Source: Candidatus Dojkabacteria bacterium (lineage in GTDB: Bacteria > Patescibacteriota > Dojkabacteria > SC72). Taken from it: DNA of 64,000 bases. The notes beneath the pieces were generated by a model. That model did not search any database, was not told the DNA's origin, and saw only the letters and a program-made list of their open reading frames with translations. The stretch spans positions 2,031 to 66,030 of the forward strand of contig JAXGOY010000003.1 in assembly GCA_040767225.1 (NCBI GenBank), given 5' to 3'. Positions within the stretch are counted from its first letter, which is position 1. Every line of letters begins with the position of its first letter. This document shows positions 42,062 to 51,386 of the stretch, in pieces. The translations under genes and the position numbers were made by a program.

Positions 42062-43408
42062 ATGAGAGTTTATTTGAAAGAAATAAAAGAAAAGTTTCCT
42101 GAGTTTGAGATAGAAAATTATGATGATGATATATATTTTGAAAATATTAACCATGACTCAAGAGTTTATATCCCCAATTCACTATTTGTTCCAATAGTGG
42201 GTAAGAATTTTGATGGTCATGATTTTATTGAAGCAAGTAAATGCACTGTTTCTTTAATGCAAAGAGATCATAAAGAGAGGTATAAATTAGATATTCCATT
42301 AATAATTGTAGAAGATATTTTAGAAGGGTTAAAAGAAATTATTGGATATGTAAGAGATAAAGTTAATGTTCCAGTTATTGGTATTACAGGGAGTACAGGA
42401 AAGACTACAACAAGGATGATGACTGTTTCTATACTTTCACAATTTGGAAAGGTTCTTACTTCTGATAAAAATATAAATACATTATGGGGAAATAGTGAGT
42501 TACTTATGACTCTTTCTGATGAAAAGTATGTTGTACTTGAGATTGGAATGGATAGTAAAGGAGAGATTAAGATGCAGTGTGAGGGTTTGAAACCTAATAT
42601 TGGTGGTATTTTAAATGTAGGATATGTTCATGGAGAAAATGTTGGTGGTATTGAAGGAGTATTTAATGAGAAAAGACAGCTTGCTGATTATTTAGTAAGT
42701 AATAATAAACCAGTTGTATTAAATACTGATGATAAAAGATTAAAGAAACTTGCAGATGAGTTAAAAACCAACATTGTAACTATTGGTGGAAGTAATCAGG
42801 ATTACACCTTTTCTAATGTACATTTGGATGAGAATGGAACTCGTTTCTCGCTTAAATATAATGGTAAGTTATATGACTGTAATTTGAAAGTACTTGGTAA
42901 GGATTATGTATACAATGCTCTTTGTGCTATTGCCTTTTGTAATACTTTGGGAGTTTCAATAGAGGATTGTATAAAAGGAGTTGAGAAATATAATGGGTTT
43001 AAAGAAAGATTTGAAATTAAGAAGATAAATAATACCCTTACAATAATAAATGATGCATACAATGCGAATCCTGCATCAATGAAAATGTCACTGAATACAT
43101 TTAATGAGCTTTGGGGAAGAAGAAAAGATATTAAAAAGATTTTAGTTTTAGGAGACATGAAAGAGTTGGGGAGTGTATCTAACCAGGAGCATAAAAAGAT
43201 TGCTGATATTGTAAACAGTATGGATGTTGATTATATCATTTACTTTGGGGAGTACTCAAAATATTTTAAGGGTGTTACTTCTTGTAGTAGTATTGAAGAA
43301 GTTGTTGAGTCTTTAAAGAAAAATATTAAAAAGGAGGAAAATACTGTTGTTCTTTTAAAAGGGAGTAACAGTCAAAAACTATATACTATTCCTGAACTCT
43401 TGAATTAA
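42062..43408 (+). CDS. murF: UDP-MurNAc-tripeptide--D-Ala-D-Ala ligase
   Basis: DSR, FDGHDF, GITGSTGKTTT, DAYNANPASM, GDMKELG, KGS. Confidence 0.93.
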   Translation: MRVYLKEIKEKFPEFEIENYDDDIYFENINHDSRVYIPNSLFVPIVGKNFDGHDFIEASKCTVSLMQRDHKERYKLDIPLIIVEDILEGLKEIIGYVRDKVNVPVIGITGSTGKTTTRMMTVSILSQFGKVLTSDKNINTLWGNSELLMTLSDEKYVVLEIGMDSKGEIKMQCEGLKPNIGGILNVGYVHGENVGGIEGVFNEKRQLADYLVSNNKPVVLNTDDKRLKKLADELKTNIVTIGGSNQDYTFSNVHLDENGTRFSLKYNGKLYDCNLKVLGKDYVYNALCAIAFCNTLGVSIEDCIKGVEKYNGFKERFEIKKINNTLTIINDAYNANPASMKMSLNTFNELWGRRKDIKKILVLGDMKELGSVSNQEHKKIADIVNSMDVDYIIYFGEYSKYFKGVTSCSSIEEVVESLKKNIKKEENTVVLLKGSNSQKLYTIPELLN

Positions 43409-44697
43409 TCTTCCCATCTAATATCAGCACCAAGTTTTTGAAGATTTTCAACAAAGTGAGGGTGTGCTCTCTTTATTGAATCCGCATTGTGTATAACACT
43501 TTCACCATCTATTGTAAGTGCTACCATAAGGAGAGCAACTGTTGCCCTTATAATATTAGGGGCATCTACTGTGGCAGGTTTTAATTCCTTTCCACCAAAT
43601 ACTATTATCCTATGAGGATCGCACATTACAATATGAGCTCCAAACTTAATCATTTCTGGTATCCAGAAAAATCCTGCTTCATATACTTTATTCCAGAACA
43701 TGCAGTTTCCCTCTGCCTTTACAGCTAATGCCATCATTAGTGGAAGAAGGTCTGCAGGAAAGTACGGCCATGGTGCAGCTTCTACTTTTTGAAGCATATT
43801 TTTTGTGAACGGTTCAACTACTTTTAATTTTCCATTGCTCTGTGAATATGCTGTATCTTTATCATATTTAATTGTTACACCAAACTTTGCGAATGTTTTA
43901 TTTATTAGTAAAAAGTGCTGTGGTATTGCATTATTTACTCTAACCTGCCCGCCTGTCATAGCACCTAGTGCAAGAAGAGTTGTAATTTCATGATGGTCTG
44001 AAGAGATTGTAAATGTTGTACCATGTAGTTTTTCTACTCCTTCTATAGTTAATGTAGAAGAGCCTATTCCTGATATTTTAGCTCCCATCTGGTTTAAGAA
44101 GTTACAAAGATCTTGTACATGAGGCTCTGAAGCTGCATTTATCATTACAGATTTTCCTTTTGCTCTTGCTGCTGCCATTATAAAATTTTCTGTTGTTGTT
44201 ACAGACATATAGTCCTGCCATAATGTACTGCCAACTAAACTATTCTTTGCATTAATTTCAATAGTTTCCCCTACTCTTACTTCTGCTCCAAGAGCTTTAA
44301 ATACCTCTAAATGTGGGTCTATCTCCCTTATGCCAAGTGCACATCCACCTATTTCTTGTTTAATTTTTAATTCTCCATGTCTTACAAGCAAAGGAGCAAG
44401 TATGAGTAAAGCTCCTCTCATTCCAAGGGGAAGACCTGCATCTCCAAAGCTCTTACAAAATTTAGAGTTGTTAATTTTTACTACCTGTTTTTCTTTATCC
44501 CATTCAACATAAGAGCCTAATTCCTGCATCAGTTCAATTAACTTTGTAACATCAGTTAACTCTGGGAAGTTGTTTATAACAATATCTTCATCTGTAAGAA
44601 GTGTTGCACAAAGTATAGGTAACGCAGAGTTTTTATTCCCTGCAGGAGTAATCTCTCCATTTAAAGCTTTTCCTCCTTTTACTATTAAGTTTGCCAT
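43405..44697 (-). CDS. murA: UDP-GlcNAc 1-carboxyvinyltransferase
   Basis: KNSALPIL, GGCALGIR (catalytic Cys), SVTTTEN, AASEP. Confidence 0.95.
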   Translation of the reverse strand: MANLIVKGGKALNGEITPAGNKNSALPILCATLLTDEDIVINNFPELTDVTKLIELMQELGSYVEWDKEKQVVKINNSKFCKSFGDAGLPLGMRGALLILAPLLVRHGELKIKQEIGGCALGIREIDPHLEVFKALGAEVRVGETIEINAKNSLVGSTLWQDYMSVTTTENFIMAAARAKGKSVMINAASEPHVQDLCNFLNQMGAKISGIGSSTLTIEGVEKLHGTTFTISSDHHEITTLLALGAMTGGQVRVNNAIPQHFLLINKTFAKFGVTIKYDKDTAYSQSNGKLKVVEPFTKNMLQKVEAAPWPYFPADLLPLMMALAVKAEGNCMFWNKVYEAGFFWIPEMIKFGAHIVMCDPHRIIVFGGKELKPATVDAPNIIRATVALLMVALTIDGESVIHNADSIKRAHPHFVENLQKLGADIRWED

Positions 44698-44702
44698 ATA
44701 GT

Positions 44703-45722
44703 TTATTTAATAATATTAATTTCATATTTTAAATCAATATCATATTTCTTTTTAACCTCTTTTTTTATTTCTTCTATTAATTTAAGTATCTCTTCTCCAG
44801 AAGCTTTTCTATTTGTTACTACACATAAAGCATGATTTTCATATACTCCAGTATTTCCTTTCCATTTTCCTTTCCACCCAAGTTCATCTATTATTCTTCC
44901 AGCAGGTATTTTTATATATTCCCCTGCAGGATATGATTGCAGGTTAGGAATTACTTTTGAAAGTTCAGCATATTTTTCTTTTGTTACAAAAGGATTCTCA
45001 AACACACATCCACATGTTCCATATTCTTTAGTTGAAGGGAGTTTCTTTTTTCTTTGGTTAATAACAGCTTGCATAACATCAGAAATTGTATATGGCTGCT
45101 GTGCAAAAGTTTTAAGTTCTTCTTCAACAGAGCTGTAGTTTAATTTAGGATTACTTTCACCTTTGTTTAGTTTAAATGTAGAAGAGATAATCATATATTC
45201 TGGTTTTTCTGTTGTTTTAAATATACTGCTTCTATATGAAAATTTACATTCACTGTTTGTAAAAGTTTTTCTTTCTCCTGTTCTTAAATATACTGCTTCT
45301 ACACTTTCAACAGCATCCATGATATTTTGTCCATATGCTCCTATGCTCTGCGATACGACACCTCCTATATTCCCAGGTATATCTACCATATTCTCTATTC
45401 CTTGATAGTTGTTTTTTACACACCATTTAACAAAGTTATCCCAGTTTTCACCACAGTATGCCTTTATCCAAACATTTTCCTTATCTTCTTTAATTACCTC
45501 CTTGCCTTTTATTACTGGCTTAATTATTGTCCCATTGAAGTCATTTACAAACAGTATGTTATTTCCTTCACCAAGTATTAATATTTTTTCTTCATTTAAG
45601 TACTCTGATTTTACTAACTCATTAATATCATCTTCATTTTTAATCTCTATGAGATACTTTGCTTGTGCATTAACACCATATTGATTGAAATCTTTAAGGC
45701 TTTTGTTTGTAAATACCTTCAT
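44703..45722 (-). CDS. murB: UDP-N-acetylmuramate dehydrogenase
   Basis: LGEGNNILF, IPG..GG, GAYG, FSYRSSIFK, HAL, E near C-terminus. Confidence 0.92.
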   Translation of the reverse strand: MKVFTNKSLKDFNQYGVNAQAKYLIEIKNEDDINELVKSEYLNEEKILILGEGNNILFVNDFNGTIIKPVIKGKEVIKEDKENVWIKAYCGENWDNFVKWCVKNNYQGIENMVDIPGNIGGVVSQSIGAYGQNIMDAVESVEAVYLRTGERKTFTNSECKFSYRSSIFKTTEKPEYMIISSTFKLNKGESNPKLNYSSVEEELKTFAQQPYTISDVMQAVINQRKKKLPSTKEYGTCGCVFENPFVTKEKYAELSKVIPNLQSYPAGEYIKIPAGRIIDELGWKGKWKGNTGVYENHALCVVTNRKASGEEILKLIEEIKKEVKKKYDIDLKYEINIIK

Positions 45723-45747
45723 ATACTTTGATTATATAACATATTGA

Positions 45748-46926
45748 TTAAATATCTAAAGATTTGAATATGTCATCAAGAATCTTGTATGTTGCATTTG
45801 TGGGAAATAGCTCTTCTAGCTTTTTATAATCTATCTTTCTAAGTGCTGCCTGTTTACTAAATCTTTCTATTTCCTCTGTAAGATTGCACTCATTTAAATA
45901 TTTTTCTTCCAATATATTTGCAGTACCAATATCACTTAATACTTTTGCATTAAGATACTGCTCATTATGAGTTGCCCAAGGTATAGGGATGAAGAGAGCA
46001 AACTTTTTAAGTACCCCTATTTCATATACTGTATTTGCACCTGCCCTCCCAACAAATATATCCATTCCATTTAAAACATATCCTATACTATTACTGTCTA
46101 TATACTTTTTAATTACTACTCTTTCTTTGTATTCATCTATTAGATTTTCCTTTGTCTGAACTGCTTTTTCATAATCTTTAAAATTCTCATTCTCTCCAGT
46201 TTGAAGAAGTACTCTGTATTTTCTAAGAAGCTCATTTAAACTGCTGATAACTTTTGTATTTATACTGTGTGAGCCTAAACTTCCACCAGAGATATATATG
46301 AATGGCAGCTGCTTATTTGTAACCATTAAAGATACAATCTCTTTGTCTGTGTCCTTTGTAGCTTTACTATTAAATATCTCTTTTCTTACAATATTTCCTG
46401 TATGAACAGTTTTGTTCTTAGGAAAGTAAGAGATAGATTCTTTGAATGAGACATATATTTTTTTTGAAAACTTTCCTACTATTTTATTTGATAATCCAAC
46501 AGAGGCTGTCTGCTCATGAAGAAAAATAGGTTTATGAAAAATATGCCCAGCTATACAAACAGGGACTGATACAAATCCTCCTGAAGATATTATTATTGTT
46601 GGCTCTTCTTTTTTTACTACAGATAGCGAATCAAAAAATCCTAGAATTGATCTAAATAAAAGGGAAATAGTATTTAAAGAGAGTTTTCTTTGTAATTTAC
46701 CTGCTCTAATGTAATATGTTTTAAATTTAGCATCTTTAAACAATCTTTGTTCAAGTGAATTTCCTTTCTTTTCTCCCTCCATTCCTAAATCACCTCCTAC
46801 ATAAATGATATTTTGGAATGGAATATTATAATCTTGTATAAGGGCATCAATTAAACCTCTTACTACAGAAAGGTGTCCACCGCTTCCTCCTCCAGTTATC
46901 ATTATTTTTATATCTTTTTTAAGCAT
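45748..46926 (-). CDS. murG: Lipid II GlcNAc transferase
   Basis: TGGGSGGH, GGFVSVP, HEQ, GGSLGS, RAGA, EQYLNA. Confidence 0.93.
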   Translation of the reverse strand: MLKKDIKIMITGGGSGGHLSVVRGLIDALIQDYNIPFQNIIYVGGDLGMEGEKKGNSLEQRLFKDAKFKTYYIRAGKLQRKLSLNTISLLFRSILGFFDSLSVVKKEEPTIIISSGGFVSVPVCIAGHIFHKPIFLHEQTASVGLSNKIVGKFSKKIYVSFKESISYFPKNKTVHTGNIVRKEIFNSKATKDTDKEIVSLMVTNKQLPFIYISGGSLGSHSINTKVISSLNELLRKYRVLLQTGENENFKDYEKAVQTKENLIDEYKERVVIKKYIDSNSIGYVLNGMDIFVGRAGANTVYEIGVLKKFALFIPIPWATHNEQYLNAKVLSDIGTANILEEKYLNECNLTEEIERFSKQAALRKIDYKKLEELFPTNATYKILDDIFKSLDI

Positions 46927-48100
46927 TTTTGCTATATCTGCTTACATTTAAGAGTAAAGCAAAAGCTATTACTGTTACTATTGTACTAGATCCTCCATAT
47001 GTTAGAAATGGCAGCGGAATTCCTGTTAAAGGAATTAATCCTACATTTGCAGCCATATTAAGAAATGCTTGTGAAGTCAGCCATATAGTGATACCTGCTG
47101 CAAGATATTTTCCTTCGCTATCTCTAGCTGCAAGTGAAATCTTAAGTCCTCTTGTTAGAAAAAGTATCCATGCAGTTACCATGATAATACCTCCTGCTAA
47201 GCCAAACTCTTCAAGCAGTACTGCAAAAGTGGAATCAGTAAATGCAGTATTTTCAACAAGATATCCGAATCGTTGCCTTGATTGCCCAAAACCTTTTCCA
47301 AAAAATCCTCCACTTCCTATCCCGATTAATATCTGCTGCATCTGATATCCGCTTCCTCTTGGATCTGCGACTTCACCTTTAAAGATTAACTCAAAGTATG
47401 TTTGAATTCTAGACATTCTATATGGTTCAACTACAATAGCTGCAATACCAAGAAGGAGAATAACGGGAATTAATGTGAGTAGCCTATTTCTATGCTCTTT
47501 GTTTTTCCCTGAGAGAAGAAACATAATTAAGGCTGTAATACATATAACCATTGTTGTTCCTAAGTCAGGTTCAAGAAGTACAAGTAGTGCAACAAGCCCT
47601 AGTACAGCTAAAAAGGGAATTAATGCTTTAGTAAATTCATTTTTGTTATCACCTTTTTTAAAATTTTTGTTTTCATTTTTGGCAAACCAGCTTGAAAAAT
47701 ACATGACAATTGCAAGTTTTGCAAATTCTGCGGGCTGAATTTGAGGGAGTCCTCCTATTTGTATCCATCTTTTTGAGCCATTTATTTCTTCCCCTACAGC
47801 AAGTACTAAAACAAGAAGAATGATTATAATTCCTAAAAATGGTAAAGAGAATTTAAGAAGTTTTTTGTAATCAACAAAATATGCCATTAATCCAGCAATT
47901 CCTCCAAAAAGAAGCCATGCCAACTGCTGAATTAAAAAATGGAATTGATTGCCAAATTCCTGTGTTGCCATGTATACACTTGCATCATATATCATAATGG
48001 TTCCAAATATTGCCATTACAATGACAAATGCAAGAACTGCTTTGTCAGGGAAATGATGATCATATGTTTGTTTTCTTTTTACTCTTTTTTTACTCGACAT
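46919..48100 (-). CDS. ftsW: SEDS family peptidoglycan glycosyltransferase FtsW
   Basis: NGSKRWI, QPAEFAK, EPDLGT, GYQ, TD, PLTGIPLPFLTYGGSS. Confidence 0.92.
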   Translation of the reverse strand: MSSKKRVKRKQTYDHHFPDKAVLAFVIVMAIFGTIMIYDASVYMATQEFGNQFHFLIQQLAWLLFGGIAGLMAYFVDYKKLLKFSLPFLGIIIILLVLVLAVGEEINGSKRWIQIGGLPQIQPAEFAKLAIVMYFSSWFAKNENKNFKKGDNKNEFTKALIPFLAVLGLVALLVLLEPDLGTTMVICITALIMFLLSGKNKEHRNRLLTLIPVILLLGIAAIVVEPYRMSRIQTYFELIFKGEVADPRGSGYQMQQILIGIGSGGFFGKGFGQSRQRFGYLVENTAFTDSTFAVLLEEFGLAGGIIMVTAWILFLTRGLKISLAARDSEGKYLAAGITIWLTSQAFLNMAANVGLIPLTGIPLPFLTYGGSSTIVTVIAFALLLNVSRYSKNA

Positions 48101-48132
48101 TCTTTGTTTATTAATATACTATATATTTAACT

Positions 48133-48732
48133 ATGACTCAAAGCAGTAAAAAGATTGTAATAGCAGTTGGTGGTCCAGGAGGCTCTGGGAGCACAACTAT
48201 TGCAAAAATGTTAGCAAAACATTTTCATCTTAAAAATGTTTATGCAGGAGATCTTTTTAGAAAAGCTGCAAAGGAAAAAGATTATGAATATTTTGAAGAG
48301 TTCTTGCAGGAAATTTCTAAGGGAGGGAATCATTTAGATTATGAAATTGATGCAATGCTGCAGGAATATGCTCAAAAAGGGAATGTTGTAATTGATAGTA
48401 AACTGTATGGAGCTTTAGCAAAAACAAGAAAATTAAAATGTGATGTTTCGATATGGTTAGATGCTAAATTAGATGTAAGAATTAAAAGACATTTAGAGAA
48501 AGAACATGTTAAAGGAATTAAGAGGTTAAAGAGATATTTGCAGATAAAGCGGGATTTGAAAAAAAGGTATAAAATAGATAAAGAGAAATATTGGAGATTG
48601 TATAAAATAAAATATGATAAACCTGCTTTGTATTATGATATTGTTTTAGATACTTCTAATATGAATGAGCAGGAGACATTTGATTTAATTTTAAAAAGAA
48701 TTGAAGATGGAGGATACATTAAAACAAAGTGA
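48133..48732 (+). CDS. Cytidylate-kinase-like protein (archaeal-type family)
   Basis: GGPGGSGSTTIAK, AGDLFR, D.EID, YDIVLDTS. Confidence 0.75.
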   Translation: MTQSSKKIVIAVGGPGGSGSTTIAKMLAKHFHLKNVYAGDLFRKAAKEKDYEYFEEFLQEISKGGNHLDYEIDAMLQEYAQKGNVVIDSKLYGALAKTRKLKCDVSIWLDAKLDVRIKRHLEKEHVKGIKRLKRYLQIKRDLKKRYKIDKEKYWRLYKIKYDKPALYYDIVLDTSNMNEQETFDLILKRIEDGGYIKTK

Positions 48733-48952
48733 CCAAGATACATCTTCTACACCTCAAGATATTACTGCACATGTTAGTCCAAGCCCAGAAAAAGAATATA
48801 TAGAGAATAAACAGAACCCTGAAGATTTAGATGTAACATGGTGCAGACTTAAATGTCTGAAATGTGGTTATGTGTATGAAGGAACAGCACAGCTTAAACA
48901 GTGTCCTAAATGTGGGAATAATAATCCTGATATGTTTGCTGACCTTGATTAG
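48707..48952 (+). CDS. Small rubredoxin-like/zinc-ribbon protein
   Basis: CLKCGYVYEG...CPKCG with disordered acidic N-terminus. Confidence 0.7.
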   Translation: MEDTLKQSDQDTSSTPQDITAHVSPSPEKEYIENKQNPEDLDVTWCRLKCLKCGYVYEGTAQLKQCPKCGNNNPDMFADLD

Positions 48953-48955
48953 CTC

Positions 48956-49039
48956 TGCCGAGAGGGGGAATCGAACCCCCACTCTATTGCTAGAACGGGA
49001 TTTTAAGTCCCGCGCGTCTGCCTATTCCGCCATCTCGGC
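48956..49039 (-). tRNA. tRNA-Leu(TAA)
   Basis: GCCGAGATGGCGGAATAGGCAGACGCG-CGGGA CT TAA AA TCCCG, long variable arm, GGGGGTTCGATTCCCCC; no encoded CCA. Confidence 0.95.
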
Positions 49040-49079
49040 ATGCTTAATTTTATTACAGCACATATACTTTATCAATATA

Positions 49080-49155
49080 TGGAGGTGACGATGGGATTCG
49101 AACCCATGATAGTGGTTTTGCAGACCACGGCCTTAACCAACTTGGCTACGTCACC
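49080..49155 (-). tRNA. tRNA-Cys(GCA)
   Basis: GGTGACGTAGCCAAG...GTGGT CT GCA AA ACCAC...GGTTCGAATCC...TCCA. Confidence 0.96.
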
Positions 49156-49161
49156 AATGTC

Positions 49162-50586
49162 TTAGAATCCAATGATATCTTTTACTGTTGATATTTCCAG
49201 TATAGTATTGTTGGATTTGTTTGTAATAGAACTGCCACTAATAATAGCAATTTTATCGTCTAAATCCAACTCCCCATATGAATATACACACTCAACAGCT
49301 CTTTTTACTGCTGTGTCTCTGTCTTGTGGAAGGTCTTTAAGATAGTAACCTTTTACACCACGAAGGAGTGCATTTTGTCTTATCCTTCGTATATTATTTC
49401 CTACTTCCCAAATTGGGATATTTAATCTATGCCTTGATAAACTCTGTGTTGTTTTACCTGTTTTTGAAAGAATTACAACCCCTTTTAAGTGAAGTTGGTC
49501 AGACATATCAAAAAGAGAAGAACACAAGACATCAGTTTCTATACTTGCTTGTGTATATCCTGTGACTTTCTGAGGTATTAAGACTTTTTCACAGTTAAAA
49601 GCAATATCATTTGCCATTTTTACACTCTCTGCAGGATATTTCCCTGTAGATGTCTCTGCAGAAAGCATTACTGCATCACACCCATCCATAACAGCATTGG
49701 CGACATCACTTACCTCTGCTCTTGTAGGACGGATATTTTCTCTCATTGATTCAAGCATTTGGGTTGCAACTATAACAGGCTTACCAGCACATCTGCATTT
49801 ATATATCATCTGTTTTTGAATAATTGGCACTTCCCATAATGGAAGTTCTACTCCCATATCCCCTCTTGCAATCATTATTCCATCAACAAAGTTGAGTATT
49901 TGATCAAAGTTATCTACACCCTCTCTATCTTCTATTTTTGCAATTAATTTTGTTTGAGTATTTCCCATTATCTTTCTTATCTGTGCTACATCATTAATAG
50001 TTCTTATAAAGGAGGCGGATATAAAATCAAAGTTGTTATCTACAGCGAACCTTATATCTTGTTCATCCTTTTTACTTATTGATGGAAAATTTAAATGTAT
50101 TCCAGGAACATTCACAGTCTTTTTAGGTTTTAGAATACCTTCTTGTATAACAGTACAAAAAACTTCTTCTCCTTTAATATCCTTTACTTGAAGAACAATG
50201 TTTCCATCATCTAAAACAATTTGTGCATCTCTAGTAACATCTTTGTGCAATGAAGGGTATGATATTGGTATATAGTTATCTGAAAGCTCTCTATCTTTTG
50301 CAAATGTCTGTGGTATGATAATTATAGGATTTTCTTTTTTAATTTCCTTTTCTTTGTTAAAGCCTATCACTCTAATCTTGTGTCCCTGTGTATCAAGCAT
50401 TAATGCTACTCTTGCAGTTATTCTTTTAATACTTTCAGAAACTCTTTTAAGCTCATCAAAGTCTGCAAAGGAAGCATTAATTCTTGCAACGCTCATTCCA
50501 TTTGAAATCATTTCTCTTAAAACATTCTCATCCCAGCTTGAAGGTCCTATTGTCGCTACTATTTTTGTTTTGGACAGCTCAATCAT
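49162..50586 (-). CDS. pyk: Pyruvate kinase
   Basis: TKIVATIGP, IAKIE, DGIMIARGDMGVE, ATQMLESM, PTRAEVSDVANA. Confidence 0.96.
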   Translation of the reverse strand: MIELSKTKIVATIGPSSWDENVLREMISNGMSVARINASFADFDELKRVSESIKRITARVALMLDTQGHKIRVIGFNKEKEIKKENPIIIIPQTFAKDRELSDNYIPISYPSLHKDVTRDAQIVLDDGNIVLQVKDIKGEEVFCTVIQEGILKPKKTVNVPGIHLNFPSISKKDEQDIRFAVDNNFDFISASFIRTINDVAQIRKIMGNTQTKLIAKIEDREGVDNFDQILNFVDGIMIARGDMGVELPLWEVPIIQKQMIYKCRCAGKPVIVATQMLESMRENIRPTRAEVSDVANAVMDGCDAVMLSAETSTGKYPAESVKMANDIAFNCEKVLIPQKVTGYTQASIETDVLCSSLFDMSDQLHLKGVVILSKTGKTTQSLSRHRLNIPIWEVGNNIRRIRQNALLRGVKGYYLKDLPQDRDTAVKRAVECVYSYGELDLDDKIAIISGSSITNKSNNTILEISTVKDIIGF

Positions 50587-50715
50587 ATATATTAATATAC
50601 AGTAGAAGTTAGTTATTAAACAATACAATTTCTACCCTATATTATTTTTACTTGCAATTAAAGGTGGAGAATATATAAAATACGGTAATATATTAGATAT
50701 TAGGTAATTTGATAT

Positions 50716-51123
50716 ATGGAAAAGTTTTTTAAAAATTTAATTCAAAATATGCTTGCTGCATACTTTGTTATTACTATTGTTAAAGGGATAACTATTCCTT
50801 CTAATACAGTATATTTAATTGCTACACTTGTTATGCTTTCTATTACTGTTTTTCTTTCTACTAAAGTTTTGAAGTTCTTAACTATTAAATTGAATTTTAT
50901 TACTAGATTTCTAATGACAACTATTCTTTCATTAGGAGTGTTTTACATACTTGAGGAGTTTATGCCAGGATTTAAGATAGAAGAGTATACTTTTGAAGGT
51001 TTAAACAGCGGGCAGCTTGTTATACATAGCTTTCAAGTAACTCCTATACTTACAATGGTTTTTGGAAGTGTAATATTTTCATTTATTTCATCTATACTGC
51101 AATCTTTGGAGAAAAGTTCTTAA
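50716..51123 (+). CDS. 4-TM membrane protein (YvlD/4-TMS holin-like family)
   Basis: Four hydrophobic segments, LKFLTI.LNFIT, MPGF pattern. Confidence 0.55.
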   Translation: MEKFFKNLIQNMLAAYFVITIVKGITIPSNTVYLIATLVMLSITVFLSTKVLKFLTIKLNFITRFLMTTILSLGVFYILEEFMPGFKIEEYTFEGLNSGQLVIHSFQVTPILTMVFGSVIFSFISSILQSLEKSS

Positions 51124-51142
51124 TGTAGTATAATCAGAGGCT

Positions 51143-51376
51143 ATGAGTACAGAATTGCAAAATGCCCTTTTATATATCCAGATTATAATATCTGTTCTTG
51201 TTGTTATCTCTATACTTTTACAAAACAGAGCAGAAGGTTTAGGAAAAATGTTTGGAGGTGGAGGGGAGGTATTTAGAACAAAAAGAGGTTTAGAAAAGTT
51301 CCTTTACTACTTTACTATTGCTTTAGTTGTTCTTCTTGTAATCACTTCATTGCTGATATATAAATATTCTGTATAG
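51143..51376 (+). CDS. secG: Preprotein translocase subunit SecG
   Basis: ILLQ..EGLG.MFGG....RTKRGLEK, two TMs. Confidence 0.92.
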   Translation: MSTELQNALLYIQIIISVLVVISILLQNRAEGLGKMFGGGGEVFRTKRGLEKFLYYFTIALVVLLVITSLLIYKYSV

Positions 51377-51386
51377 AAATTAACAG

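Noticed and set aside
49162-50586. Pyruvate kinase as another pseudoenzyme (NASFAD for NFSHG, DTQGHKIR for DTKGPEIR)
   Set aside because: Core catalytic motifs AKIE, ARGD, ATQM and TRAE are intact; Lys at the E/K position fits the known K+-independent type
50716-51123. Holin-like gene as evidence of a prophage
   Set aside because: This 4-TM family is commonly chromosomal; no endolysin, integrase or structural phage genes are nearby
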